DNA from: a virus
Taxonomy: Duplodnaviria > Caudoviricetes
Reading direction: 5' to 3' (one strand)
Length of the DNA stretch: 64,000 bases
Virus record (IMG/VR): IMGVR_UViG_3300037400_002732
Span: 64,001 to 128,000 of that record
The notes below the pieces were generated by a model. That model did not search any database, had not been told where the DNA came from, and saw only the letters and a program-made list of their open reading frames with translations. A program made the position numbers and the translations under genes. Positions 19,684 through 28,764 of this stretch are shown here, piece after piece (position 1 is the stretch's first letter; the number at the start of each line of letters is the position of its first letter).

Positions 19684-22600
19684 TTAGAATTCGATCTCGT
19701 CACTCGCTAGGATTTCATCCTTGTTGAGTTTAGGTTTCGGATTGGACTTTCGAGTAGCTTTCGGCTTCTTCGGACTAGTCATCTGAGTTTCGATAGTTTC
19801 ATCATCAAAATCATTGACATCGCCGAACAGTTCTTGATCGACATTCGGATCATTCGGTTCATCCTCATCATCGTCAGAACTGATAGACACGAACGAACTA
19901 GTTCCATCCCTACCAGAACGGTACTTATGGTCATCGGTAGAAAGAACAGCATTGTCACTTACATATTCCTTCGGAGCACCAGTGGTTTCGCGTTTCGAAG
20001 CCTTCTTTGTTGCACGGTGCTTCTTGACCTTCGGCGTTTTCTCTACCTTCGGCTTTTCCGCTACCTTTGGCTCCGCCTCTACCGTTGGATTATCGACTGG
20101 AATTTCTTCCTCGTCAATAAGGTCGCCAAATTCATCGCCAGTTTCGATCGTTTCCGGAGTTTCTTCCTCATCCTCAGCTGGGTTTCGGTTCACCTTTTCC
20201 AGAGAGAACGACCTACGAGCAGAGCTATTAGTAATGTCATTGAAGACATTCTTGAAGCCTTGCACAGCACCATCGTCAGACGCAGCAGCAACTACGCACA
20301 TGCTGTTGAAAGCAACCCTAGTCAGCCAGCCAAGGCTAGTCTTGACCATTTCACCGTAATCCTCGACAGCGAACGCTTGCGTAATAGCCTTGACAGCCTC
20401 AGCAACCTTTTGGCGCGTGTTGTCACCGGAATCCACAAGATCAGCGACACTAGCAAGCATCTGTATGTAGCGTTCAGCGCGAACGCCAGTCGCGACACAC
20501 ATCAATGCCATCAAGAACGCATCGACATAAGCATTGTCGGTATCATCGCCAAGCGAATACTTCTCTTGTAAAGTGAAGCCAAGCTTAGCAATGTAGTTGA
20601 ACGTTCCGTAGTCGAACACAAGGCCAGGGTACTTGAGCTTAAATATCGCATGTGAACCATCACTCAAGAGAATACCAGCTTCACGCAGCTTTGCCAACAG
20701 AGGGCCCATCTTTACAAGATAGTCATCCTTGGATGCGATAGAGTAGTACGGGTTATTGCGCATGTGAGCAATACGACGCTGGGCAGCCTTACTTGGGTAC
20801 ATCGAACCCATGCGGACTCGGTTGGAACCCTTCTCAATAGCCTCAAGTTCTCGGTCATACAGCATACTAGCACAATCAGACCAGCTGCGGTCATCCGTCT
20901 TGTACGCAATCAAGTTTTCAAAGATGTTTCGAATGCGCTGCTTTCTTATAGTACTTGTATCGCCAAAGAATCCAGTCGGAATACCAGTTGCCGTATCCAA
21001 GCGAAGCAAGCTGTTGATGATATTAATCACCTTGAGCTTGTCTGGATTCAGCGCAATACGCTGTTGAGCAACGTCGTTATGGCAGTATGCGTTGACCGTG
21101 TCCATCAATTCATCTTTATCAAGAGAATCCGGAACTGATCCGAGGAGCCTAGTAACACCAGAGATCCATTCGGAATCAATTTCACCAGCCTCATCTGACA
21201 TCATCTGAGGATATGCGTTAGGCTCACCAGATACCACGCCGATCTTATCCAAATCCGACATATCGCCAGATTCGTCCATCTGGTTCGTATCAGCGATTTC
21301 GTCCACGCAATCAGCCCATGACACGTCGTCGGTTTTCATCGAACCAAGCTTTTTGAACAACGCAATAAGCACGTCGTTAGAGTTTGCATCAGAACCCAAG
21401 TCAAGAACGCTACGCGGAATTTCTCCAGACTTCGCAATTCCATCGACATCCTTCAAGACATCGACGGCGGTAGCAACTCGTTCATTATCGATCTGCAATG
21501 GTTGATCAGCGCAGTATGCTTCGACAATCTGATTCATCTGGTCAGCAGTAATGTCATACGGCATAACATTCAAGGCATCCTTCAAATCGAATACCCATTC
21601 TGATTGGCCAAATGTACGACCAACATCCTTCATGACAGCTCGACGGCCAGCCTTCTGACCGAACGTAGTGGTCACCAAGATAATGTCGGCGATAGGCGTA
21701 TCGAAACCATAACACAGTTCATACAGCGAACGCATCGCTTCGTCCATGAGCTTGGTCGCACGTTCCTTATAATTTTTCGCGTAGTTCACGTCTCCGGTCA
21801 GTTCATCAATGGAGCCGTAATTGCCAGTCAGCTTCTTGAACAAATCCATACGGATCGCATGGGCAAAATCCTTGATAGACTCGACCTTCGGAACATCGGT
21901 AGATGAACCATCGCCAAGGGCAAGCGCAACGATTCGCGGAAGCGGAATCTTGTACGCCTTTTCCGGAGTAGTCCTATTACCGTTTTCGTCAAACGCGATA
22001 GCAGTTTCCTTCTTGTCGTCCAAGATATTCTCTTTGCTGCCAATTACTGCGCTATACATCTGGTTGTACGTTTTGAACGCATAGCCACCAATAGCCGCCT
22101 TTACCACTTCGGCGAGTGTAGGATAAGAGGTGTCCTTGTTACGTTCGTCATCAATCATCGCACTGACAAGTTCACGCTGCAAGTCATTAGCACCACGGCC
22201 CTTGTACAACTGCTTACCAGTCAACGACTGACGAACCGAGTTGAATGCACGTTCAGAAAGCCTATCAACACGTTCATCAGTAAGTACTCGTTCAAATGCG
22301 TTAAACGCCTTACCAAGAGTGTATGCATATTGGGCAAGTTGCGGATTCTGGTCAATTTCCTTCTGAATTAACGGTGTGTACGAAGTTCTTGCCGCAGCTT
22401 CTTCCGAGTCACTGAAACCAAGCATAGCAACGTCTTCGTCGGACGGAGCTTGACGCATCTGAGAACGAGCGAACGAGTCAATCGCCTTACCATACTTACT
22501 TGGTTGCACAGTGCCATCCTCATTCATCTGAGGCTCCTCATCCGGACGAGGTAATGCCCTAGTATTTGACAAGTACGGAACACCAACTTCTTCCTCGTTA

Positions 22601-25600
22601 CGGTTAATCACAGACTGATCGATACGATTGATAAGCTGGATCAATTTAGTGGCAAGATCTTCTTCGGATTCTGCACCCTTGACAACGTTCGTCGCAATCT
22701 GAGCAATCTTAATGGAAAGTGGGTTTCCACTATAACGACTCAAAATTCCGCGAACATTGTCTAGCGATTCAACCAAGTCTTCTTGGGTATCGGTATGCAA
22801 CGTAAGAACGTACTCACCAAGCATGAATACTACTTGGGCAATAGAACTAGCATCGGATTCCGTATAAGAGAACTCACGAAATTCAGGATCTTCATGATTG
22901 TCAATGTCGTCGTACGATTTATACTTCTTGAGATCCCTTAAAGTCTTAATCGCGGCATTCATTACGTTGCGAGCATGTTCAACTTCGTCAGAGCTTACCT
23001 TACCGTCAACGATAGAAGCTACCAACCCAGCATAGCACGGATAGTCCTTACCAATCTTCGCCAAGGCAGCCGCACCAGCTGCCTTCTTTTCCTTGGCAGC
23101 ATCATACGTTGCAATGTAACGTTGGAACAAGCGAAGCTGGCTCGGATCGCGTTTCGGATTTTCAGCAAATACCTTGTACCAGTGACGAATTTGTTCGTCA
23201 TCCGTCGCATTCTCGTTCTCAATCGGAGTAGCATTCGGCATTTCCTTAGCGAGTTCAATAGCACCTTCAAGAGACTCACCAGCATCTTGGTAAGCCTTGA
23301 CCGCGTTATTGTAATAAGCAGCTTGCTGGAGAATGTCGCCAAGCGCATGGTCACCAGCAGTTAAATCGCTAGTAGCAGATGCGTCATGAACCAATGCGTC
23401 TTGCTCACCATTGGCATAATGCAATGTCGTACGGCCCATGTTTTCATTGGAGAACATAGAGATTTCCGGCATCGGGTCGCCACCAGGTTTCAACGTAAAC
23501 GCTTGCTCAGTAGGTTCAGCAGTTTCGAGAGGATCCTTCTTGGAGTAGCCAGCTACATAGCGGAGCATACCAAACACCTTGACACGCTGAGCGTACTGGT
23601 TGATTCGCAACTCGCGCAAAGTCTTCTTATTCTGCTTGGGATCACCAGCCATCGTCTTTGAGATAGCTGCGGTCATAGTGTCCAGAAGGTCTTGGGTTAC
23701 GCCCTTCTCGTCAATGCACTTATCGACCACTGTGTACAAATTATTGCGTAGCTGTTCAACACGCTTGCCTCGCGGAGTTTTCATCAGAGCATCAACCAAG
23801 TTTTTCACTTGATCGTGCCACTGAGCAGAATTCTTCGAAACAATCGAAATCACACACACATACACCGACTTAATCTCAGCAGCCCTAGCCTTAGCCAACG
23901 CCTTCGCACCATTCTTGCCGATGATCGACGTTTGCAAGTCAACAACCTTGTCATGGAATTCATCAAAGCTGCTGAACCAATGCTTGTCGTTATTAACGTC
24001 GTTGAATGTTTGGATAGCCGACGCGATACTCTGCTTAGTTTGCGGATCGGATGCCTTGTTTTCGGCACTATAGAAATTTTCCATGAAGAATACCGATGAT
24101 CTAAGCAGATCTAGCAAGGTAGCTTGTTGCGCCTTGACCAATCCGTCGGTATATGCAACCACGTTACATGCCTTGCACAAATCCGACAACGCATTGGCCG
24201 ACAGAATAACCGAAGCCGAGTCAGAAGCACTGCCCTCGTCCGAGTTGAGTGTCGCCATATAAGATGCAATCATCTTATCGACCGCACTGTGCTTACCCAG
24301 CACAAAAGTATCGATCGACGGAGCAACCTTATATACGTTTTCCGCAATATCATCGGCAGTTCCATACCCAGCCGCCTCTGCCGATTTGGCATAATGCGAC
24401 ACGGCGTGAGTGAAGTTATCACAAATACTACCAATGTTAGATACAGCCTTGTTAAGCAATTCTGGATCGCTGGCATCATACAAATTCTTCACCTTGTCAA
24501 CCAAGGCCGTTCGGTAACCAAAATTGTCTGCCTCTTCGCTAGGCAAGAAACCATTGGTCGCAATCTTATGCACGTTGTCAGAACGGTTCAGTGTACGAAG
24601 ACGTTTTGCCTCTTCACTCATGCGAGTGTCTTGCATGATATTAGCATCATGAATATTTTCCATTTCACGAGTCATAGCGTCAGACTTCATCAAAGCATCG
24701 TCAGATGCGCCGCTACGAATATTGGAGAACGCCTTAAGACCGCACATGATGATCCATGCGGTTCCGCCGGATACGTAAGCCGGAATCAAAGACGAACTTA
24801 CATAGTTGGTGTAAATTTCCTTGATTCGAGGAAGATCTATACTGTCAACGTCAATATTGTAATCCTGTAGCGGGCCGTCACCATGATACGCAATCTTCAA
24901 TACGCCATCATGAAACTCGAAACATCTTTCGGTAATTTTTCCAGCAGTTACTTGATCAGACTTACTCCCATCACCCTTTAAACGGTCGTTAGGGCTTTCT
25001 TCACGGAACGTGTACACAGCATCAGCAAGACCGACGGCGTTAACAATTTCCTTTCCGTCGGCGGTTTCACCACCATGAATTTCATTGTCGCCGCTAAAGA
25101 CAATCTTCGTCTTGATATTTTTTACCGCGCTAACAAAGGTCGCATAGTCGAGCTCATTATCGGCCCTAGCAAGTCCTTTCTCAATAAACCACTTCGACAA
25201 TTCTTCCTTTCCGAGCTTAGCGGCTTTAGCCGCTTCATCAGACAAGTCAGCTAAATTGCTCAGCAAATCATAGTGGAGTGAAATAGCAGTTTGCGTATTG
25301 GCAGACACCTCTTGGAACCATGTAGCTACCGACTTAGCTAGATTAGCAGCACTCTGGTCATCAAAGACCGGTTCACACTTATATCCGCTATCAGTAAGGA
25401 TACGCTGCATAACCTTGTACACAGCGTGACCTACACGAGAATTTTTCATATTGTAGGAGAAACGACTCAACGCGTCAATCGCAAAGATCTTGTAATAGCG
25501 TTGGCAAGTAAACTTGGTTTTGTTGTTGACCAAGTTAAACTGAGTCGTGTTGTCCCCAAGCTCAGCCATGTTCTTGGTAACCACGTTTTCGGACTTCAAA

Positions 25601-26439
25601 ATATAGTCATCATCCGAACGTTCTTTATTCATGGCTTTCGTAGCAGTGTTACCAGACCAGCTTTTGGTCACAATATTGTATAGCTGCTGCGCCATAGCGG
25701 CAGTCCTATCGTTCCAAGCAGCGTCGCGAAATTCACTACCAACAATCTCATTACGCAGTACAGAACATGCAAGCGTCAAGTAAGCAGCATCAGTAACCAT
25801 CTGGTCAGATACATACGAACGAATGTTAGCTACATCGACCATGCTGTTAATAATCTCGATAACCTTGTTCAAACGAGCGGCGACAATTCCGTACAGCTCG
25901 TTCAAATCCGCGTTAGACACCGACTGTTCAGTCACCGGAGTTTGGTACAGCGAAGACGTGCACACTTCAAGCGAACTCATCAGCGCATAGTTGAACGCCT
26001 CGGCAGCTTGACTGCATGCGTTTTTGCGGCGTAATCCAGACTGCTTGCTAGGCTGGGATTCAAAGTTATAATCAACAACGGATTGGAAAGCCTTAATCGC
26101 TACCTTGTCATTGGTAGATTTAGCCATTTTCAACAAGAGCTTAGCCAGCGGAGGAATGACGGTAGCAGCCAAGTAGACATAGCGACGGCGAGCATTATCA
26201 CCCTTTTCATCATCACGATTCGAACCGCGCAAACTAGGATTCCAATTAGCGCGTAAGGCAACTTGATTCAATACAGCTTGGACAGCTGCATTCTTCGCCA
26301 CGTTGGTATATGAATTCTCATACGTCGTGCCGCTTGTTTCACCAAGCACCACATTCAGCACTTCATTCACATCTTGAACGATAAGTTTCTCAATTTCAGC
26401 TGGATTGGCCGCTTCAAGTAATATACGCTGACTGGTCAT
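19684..26439 (-). CDS. Giant 2251 aa Ala-rich helical protein, possible virion-internal/ejection protein
   Basis: Uninterrupted ORF; late motif at 26466; N-terminal MTSQRILLEAA; acidic/Lys-rich disordered tail; no catalytic motif recognised. Confidence 0.8.
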   Translation of the reverse strand: MTSQRILLEAANPAEIEKLIVQDVNEVLNVVLGETSGTTYENSYTNVAKNAAVQAVLNQVALRANWNPSLRGSNRDDEKGDNARRRYVYLAATVIPPLAKLLLKMAKSTNDKVAIKAFQSVVDYNFESQPSKQSGLRRKNACSQAAEAFNYALMSSLEVCTSSLYQTPVTEQSVSNADLNELYGIVAARLNKVIEIINSMVDVANIRSYVSDQMVTDAAYLTLACSVLRNEIVGSEFRDAAWNDRTAAMAQQLYNIVTKSWSGNTATKAMNKERSDDDYILKSENVVTKNMAELGDNTTQFNLVNNKTKFTCQRYYKIFAIDALSRFSYNMKNSRVGHAVYKVMQRILTDSGYKCEPVFDDQSAANLAKSVATWFQEVSANTQTAISLHYDLLSNLADLSDEAAKAAKLGKEELSKWFIEKGLARADNELDYATFVSAVKNIKTKIVFSGDNEIHGGETADGKEIVNAVGLADAVYTFREESPNDRLKGDGSKSDQVTAGKITERCFEFHDGVLKIAYHGDGPLQDYNIDVDSIDLPRIKEIYTNYVSSSLIPAYVSGGTAWIIMCGLKAFSNIRSGASDDALMKSDAMTREMENIHDANIMQDTRMSEEAKRLRTLNRSDNVHKIATNGFLPSEEADNFGYRTALVDKVKNLYDASDPELLNKAVSNIGSICDNFTHAVSHYAKSAEAAGYGTADDIAENVYKVAPSIDTFVLGKHSAVDKMIASYMATLNSDEGSASDSASVILSANALSDLCKACNVVAYTDGLVKAQQATLLDLLRSSVFFMENFYSAENKASDPQTKQSIASAIQTFNDVNNDKHWFSSFDEFHDKVVDLQTSIIGKNGAKALAKARAAEIKSVYVCVISIVSKNSAQWHDQVKNLVDALMKTPRGKRVEQLRNNLYTVVDKCIDEKGVTQDLLDTMTAAISKTMAGDPKQNKKTLRELRINQYAQRVKVFGMLRYVAGYSKKDPLETAEPTEQAFTLKPGGDPMPEISMFSNENMGRTTLHYANGEQDALVHDASATSDLTAGDHALGDILQQAAYYNNAVKAYQDAGESLEGAIELAKEMPNATPIENENATDDEQIRHWYKVFAENPKRDPSQLRLFQRYIATYDAAKEKKAAGAAALAKIGKDYPCYAGLVASIVDGKVSSDEVEHARNVMNAAIKTLRDLKKYKSYDDIDNHEDPEFREFSYTESDASSIAQVVFMLGEYVLTLHTDTQEDLVESLDNVRGILSRYSGNPLSIKIAQIATNVVKGAESEEDLATKLIQLINRIDQSVINRNEEEVGVPYLSNTRALPRPDEEPQMNEDGTVQPSKYGKAIDSFARSQMRQAPSDEDVAMLGFSDSEEAAARTSYTPLIQKEIDQNPQLAQYAYTLGKAFNAFERVLTDERVDRLSERAFNSVRQSLTGKQLYKGRGANDLQRELVSAMIDDERNKDTSYPTLAEVVKAAIGGYAFKTYNQMYSAVIGSKENILDDKKETAIAFDENGNRTTPEKAYKIPLPRIVALALGDGSSTDVPKVESIKDFAHAIRMDLFKKLTGNYGSIDELTGDVNYAKNYKERATKLMDEAMRSLYELCYGFDTPIADIILVTTTFGQKAGRRAVMKDVGRTFGQSEWVFDLKDALNVMPYDITADQMNQIVEAYCADQPLQIDNERVATAVDVLKDVDGIAKSGEIPRSVLDLGSDANSNDVLIALFKKLGSMKTDDVSWADCVDEIADTNQMDESGDMSDLDKIGVVSGEPNAYPQMMSDEAGEIDSEWISGVTRLLGSVPDSLDKDELMDTVNAYCHNDVAQQRIALNPDKLKVINIINSLLRLDTATGIPTGFFGDTSTIRKQRIRNIFENLIAYKTDDRSWSDCASMLYDRELEAIEKGSNRVRMGSMYPSKAAQRRIAHMRNNPYYSIASKDDYLVKMGPLLAKLREAGILLSDGSHAIFKLKYPGLVFDYGTFNYIAKLGFTLQEKYSLGDDTDNAYVDAFLMALMCVATGVRAERYIQMLASVADLVDSGDNTRQKVAEAVKAITQAFAVEDYGEMVKTSLGWLTRVAFNSMCVVAAASDDGAVQGFKNVFNDITNSSARRSFSLEKVNRNPAEDEEETPETIETGDEFGDLIDEEEIPVDNPTVEAEPKVAEKPKVEKTPKVKKHRATKKASKRETTGAPKEYVSDNAVLSTDDHKYRSGRDGTSSFVSISSDDDEDEPNDPNVDQELFGDVNDFDDETIETQMTSPKKPKATRKSNPKPKLNKDEILASDEIEF

Positions 26440-26465
26440 ATCAGTTCCTAAAACATTTCAGACGT

Positions 26466-26502
26466 AGTTTATCATTACTAAATATCGGCAATTTGATAAA
26501 CT
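26466..26502. promoter_or_regulatory. Back-to-back divergent late promoters (TGATAAACT at 26466-26474 minus and 26494-26502 plus)
   Basis: Two exact 9-mer copies pointing at the two flanking divergent genes. Confidence 0.8.
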
Positions 26503-26527
26503 AGGCATAAACACTATTGGATTGATT

Positions 26528-28675
26528 ATGGCCCAGCACAATTTCAGTGAATTATTCGACGAATACCTTGATGACAAGGCATCCGATAAGCTAAGAAACC
26601 GATTGGCATCCGCCCAAGCCGATCTCGCTAAGTCACCAGTCGCCGACGAAATTCAAGCCAGTCTTGACGGCGGAGACATCGACCAAATTAAAGATTTGTT
26701 TACAATGCTAACACGAAGCAGTAAATCGACTGCTCCAGAAATTTGGAATGCACTGAAGCAAGACCGCAAGAACCTACTTGACGCAGCGGCCAACAAAAAA
26801 GTTAAGTCCAGTTCAATCGATTCGGCAATCAAGAAACTTAATCCCAAGCCGCAAAACGATACAGAAGCAAAGAAAGACAAACAGTTTGATGTAAATCTTC
26901 CCAATTTCTCACTAGAAAACGACAACATCTTTGGCGAGATGGGCGACGTATCGCTTGATGATCTGGCCAACGTCACCGACGACACTAAATCCGTTCCAGC
27001 TACAGCGTCAACGCAAGCTCAAGCTCAAGATCAAGCTCAAGCTCAAGCTCAAGATCAAGATCAAGCCCAAGCTCAAGATCAAGCTCAAGCTCAAGATCAA
27101 GATCAAGATCAAGATCAAGCAACAACCGAAGAAAACGACGCTGAAGCGGCGGCAACCGAGTTCGCAAACGAAGAAGAAATTCTGGACAATGATCCATTCC
27201 ATATCACTACAATAGACGATGAGGAAAAATCAGAAGAGGAAGAAAAAACAGTCGATCAAGCGCAAAGTGAGCAAGCACAAAGTGAACAAGCACAAAGTGA
27301 ACAAGCGCAAGGTGATAACAGCACAGCAGCAACAAACTCAGTCGATATTAATCCGGAAGAAGTAGAAGCAGAAGAAGCACGACGTCTGCGTGAAGCAGCA
27401 GAAGCCGCAAGACAGCAACGCGATGCAGAAGCCGCCGCTGCGGCACAACGCCAGCGCGATGCAGAAGCCGCCGCTGCGGCACAACGCCAGCGCGATGCAG
27501 AAGCCGCCGCTGCAGCACAACGCCAGCGCGATGCAGAAGCCGCCGCTGCAGCACAACACCAGCGCGATGCAGAAGCCGCGTCAGCTAGCCAAGAAGGCAA
27601 TGCAGATACTATCGATCTTCCCAATGACAGTGCGGATAATGTAAACTTCCGTGAACAATATTCAGATGTGTATGCCGAAATCGACGAAAAGGCCATTACA
27701 TCAGAACAAGCGGAGGAAGCCAAACGATATGCTGACCAAGTATTCGCTACTCCGGATGTTGAGCCGAGAGCGTATCATGCATTGACTGGAGGCCCCAGTG
27801 CGATTCGCACCAGGTGCATCGCTGGATTGCTGTCTACGGCAAATTCCAGACTAGGTTACAGATCTGACGGCGACCCAAGCACATCAAACCGCATCAACTT
27901 CAATGGCGGTGTCTCGTCCCAGGGTCACGTCGCTCCACACGTTCGCAGATCGTTTGTTATTCCCAATGGATTCGGCATGAAGCGCAATGCGTCCATCTGG
28001 AATACACCGATAATTACAGACTTCGGATTCCCATTCCTCAACTTCAGCTCTGAAGCCTTTCTCAACGTAATCAAGTCGGACGAAGATGATAAGGTTAAAA
28101 ACAGTAATCTGAAAGAAATGTTTAAGAATGCCAGCAAAACCCTCGGTGGTGTATGGAAGGCTATTCACGCAGCACCGCTTGAGTTGATTCGCCAAATCGC
28201 TCATGAGATTGGAACCAAATGTACGCCCAACTATCTCAGAGTTGATGGTAACGACTTGCTGACTGCAGAACCGGGTGAACGAGTAAGCGTCACGCCAATC
28301 AACTACTACAGCGTCAATCCGTCTTACTTGGGTGTCACGATGGTTCCATACGAATTCTTGACTAACTTCTACGATGTAATCGACTACAGCAGCACATCCC
28401 AGAACGTCTATTTGAAGTACTCTGATGGGTTGACTGCAGATGAATTCGCCGAAGAAATCAACGAGAACGATGGCATTCCTCCATTCTACATCCTCGTACC
28501 GAAGAACGCAAAATTTAGCAAGTGCCCCATCAAGTCCGGTAGCTTATTCGGTTCACTCATGAACGTCATCCTCGGTCGTCAGAAGTACATGATGGTCAAG
28601 ACAGTCTTCCAAGGCAAGCGTGGATGTATCGCAATGGACGAGCAAACCGCAGACAAGCTGTATTCCAACCTATAG
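26528..28675 (+). CDS. Late protein with low-complexity repeats; C-terminal domain paralogous to 30105..31631
   Basis: ATG 26528; QAQAQD, QAQSE and QRDAEAAAAAQR repeats; GIPPFYILVPK motif shared with the next late gene. Confidence 0.8.
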   Translation: MAQHNFSELFDEYLDDKASDKLRNRLASAQADLAKSPVADEIQASLDGGDIDQIKDLFTMLTRSSKSTAPEIWNALKQDRKNLLDAAANKKVKSSSIDSAIKKLNPKPQNDTEAKKDKQFDVNLPNFSLENDNIFGEMGDVSLDDLANVTDDTKSVPATASTQAQAQDQAQAQAQDQDQAQAQDQAQAQDQDQDQDQATTEENDAEAAATEFANEEEILDNDPFHITTIDDEEKSEEEEKTVDQAQSEQAQSEQAQSEQAQGDNSTAATNSVDINPEEVEAEEARRLREAAEAARQQRDAEAAAAAQRQRDAEAAAAAQRQRDAEAAAAAQRQRDAEAAAAAQHQRDAEAASASQEGNADTIDLPNDSADNVNFREQYSDVYAEIDEKAITSEQAEEAKRYADQVFATPDVEPRAYHALTGGPSAIRTRCIAGLLSTANSRLGYRSDGDPSTSNRINFNGGVSSQGHVAPHVRRSFVIPNGFGMKRNASIWNTPIITDFGFPFLNFSSEAFLNVIKSDEDDKVKNSNLKEMFKNASKTLGGVWKAIHAAPLELIRQIAHEIGTKCTPNYLRVDGNDLLTAEPGERVSVTPINYYSVNPSYLGVTMVPYEFLTNFYDVIDYSSTSQNVYLKYSDGLTADEFAEEINENDGIPPFYILVPKNAKFSKCPIKSGSLFGSLMNVILGRQKYMMVKTVFQGKRGCIAMDEQTADKLYSNL
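27014..27120 (+). repeat. Hexamer tandem repeat CAAGCT/CAAGAT (QA/QD)
   Basis: About 18 consecutive in-frame hexamers. Confidence 0.9.
27416..27579 (+). repeat. 36 bp tandem repeat x about 4.5 (QRDAEAAAAAQR)
   Basis: Units start at 27416, 27452, 27488, 27524, 27560. Confidence 0.9.
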
Positions 28676-28678
28676 CAT

Positions 28679-28733
28679 TGTTTCATGTGAAACATTTTAT
28701 TGTTTCACGTGAAACATTGTTTCACATGAAACA
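28679..28733. promoter_or_regulatory. parS: Cluster of three parS (ParB/Spo0J-binding) palindromes
   Basis: TGTTTCATGTGAAACA 28679-28694; perfect TGTTTCACGTGAAACA 28701-28716; TGTTTCACATGAAACA 28718-28733; matches the chromosomal parS consensus TGTTNCACGTGAAACA. Confidence 0.85.
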
Positions 28734-28736
28734 TTG

Positions 28737-28764
28737 AAAATCCGTCAAACCATGGCGGATTTTT
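28737..28764. terminator. Bidirectional terminator between the 717 aa gene and tnpB/omegaRNA
   Basis: AAAATCCGTCA-AACCA-TGGCGGATTTTT. Confidence 0.75.

Noticed and set aside
27416-27579. 36 bp repeats as a possible CRISPR array
   Set aside because: Units are contiguous with no spacers and lie in frame within a CDS.
28679-28733. Palindromes as IS ends, a mini-CRISPR or a simple terminator
   Set aside because: IS ends map to 28777 and 30072; gaps of 6 and 1 bp are too short for spacers; a separate terminator follows at 28737.
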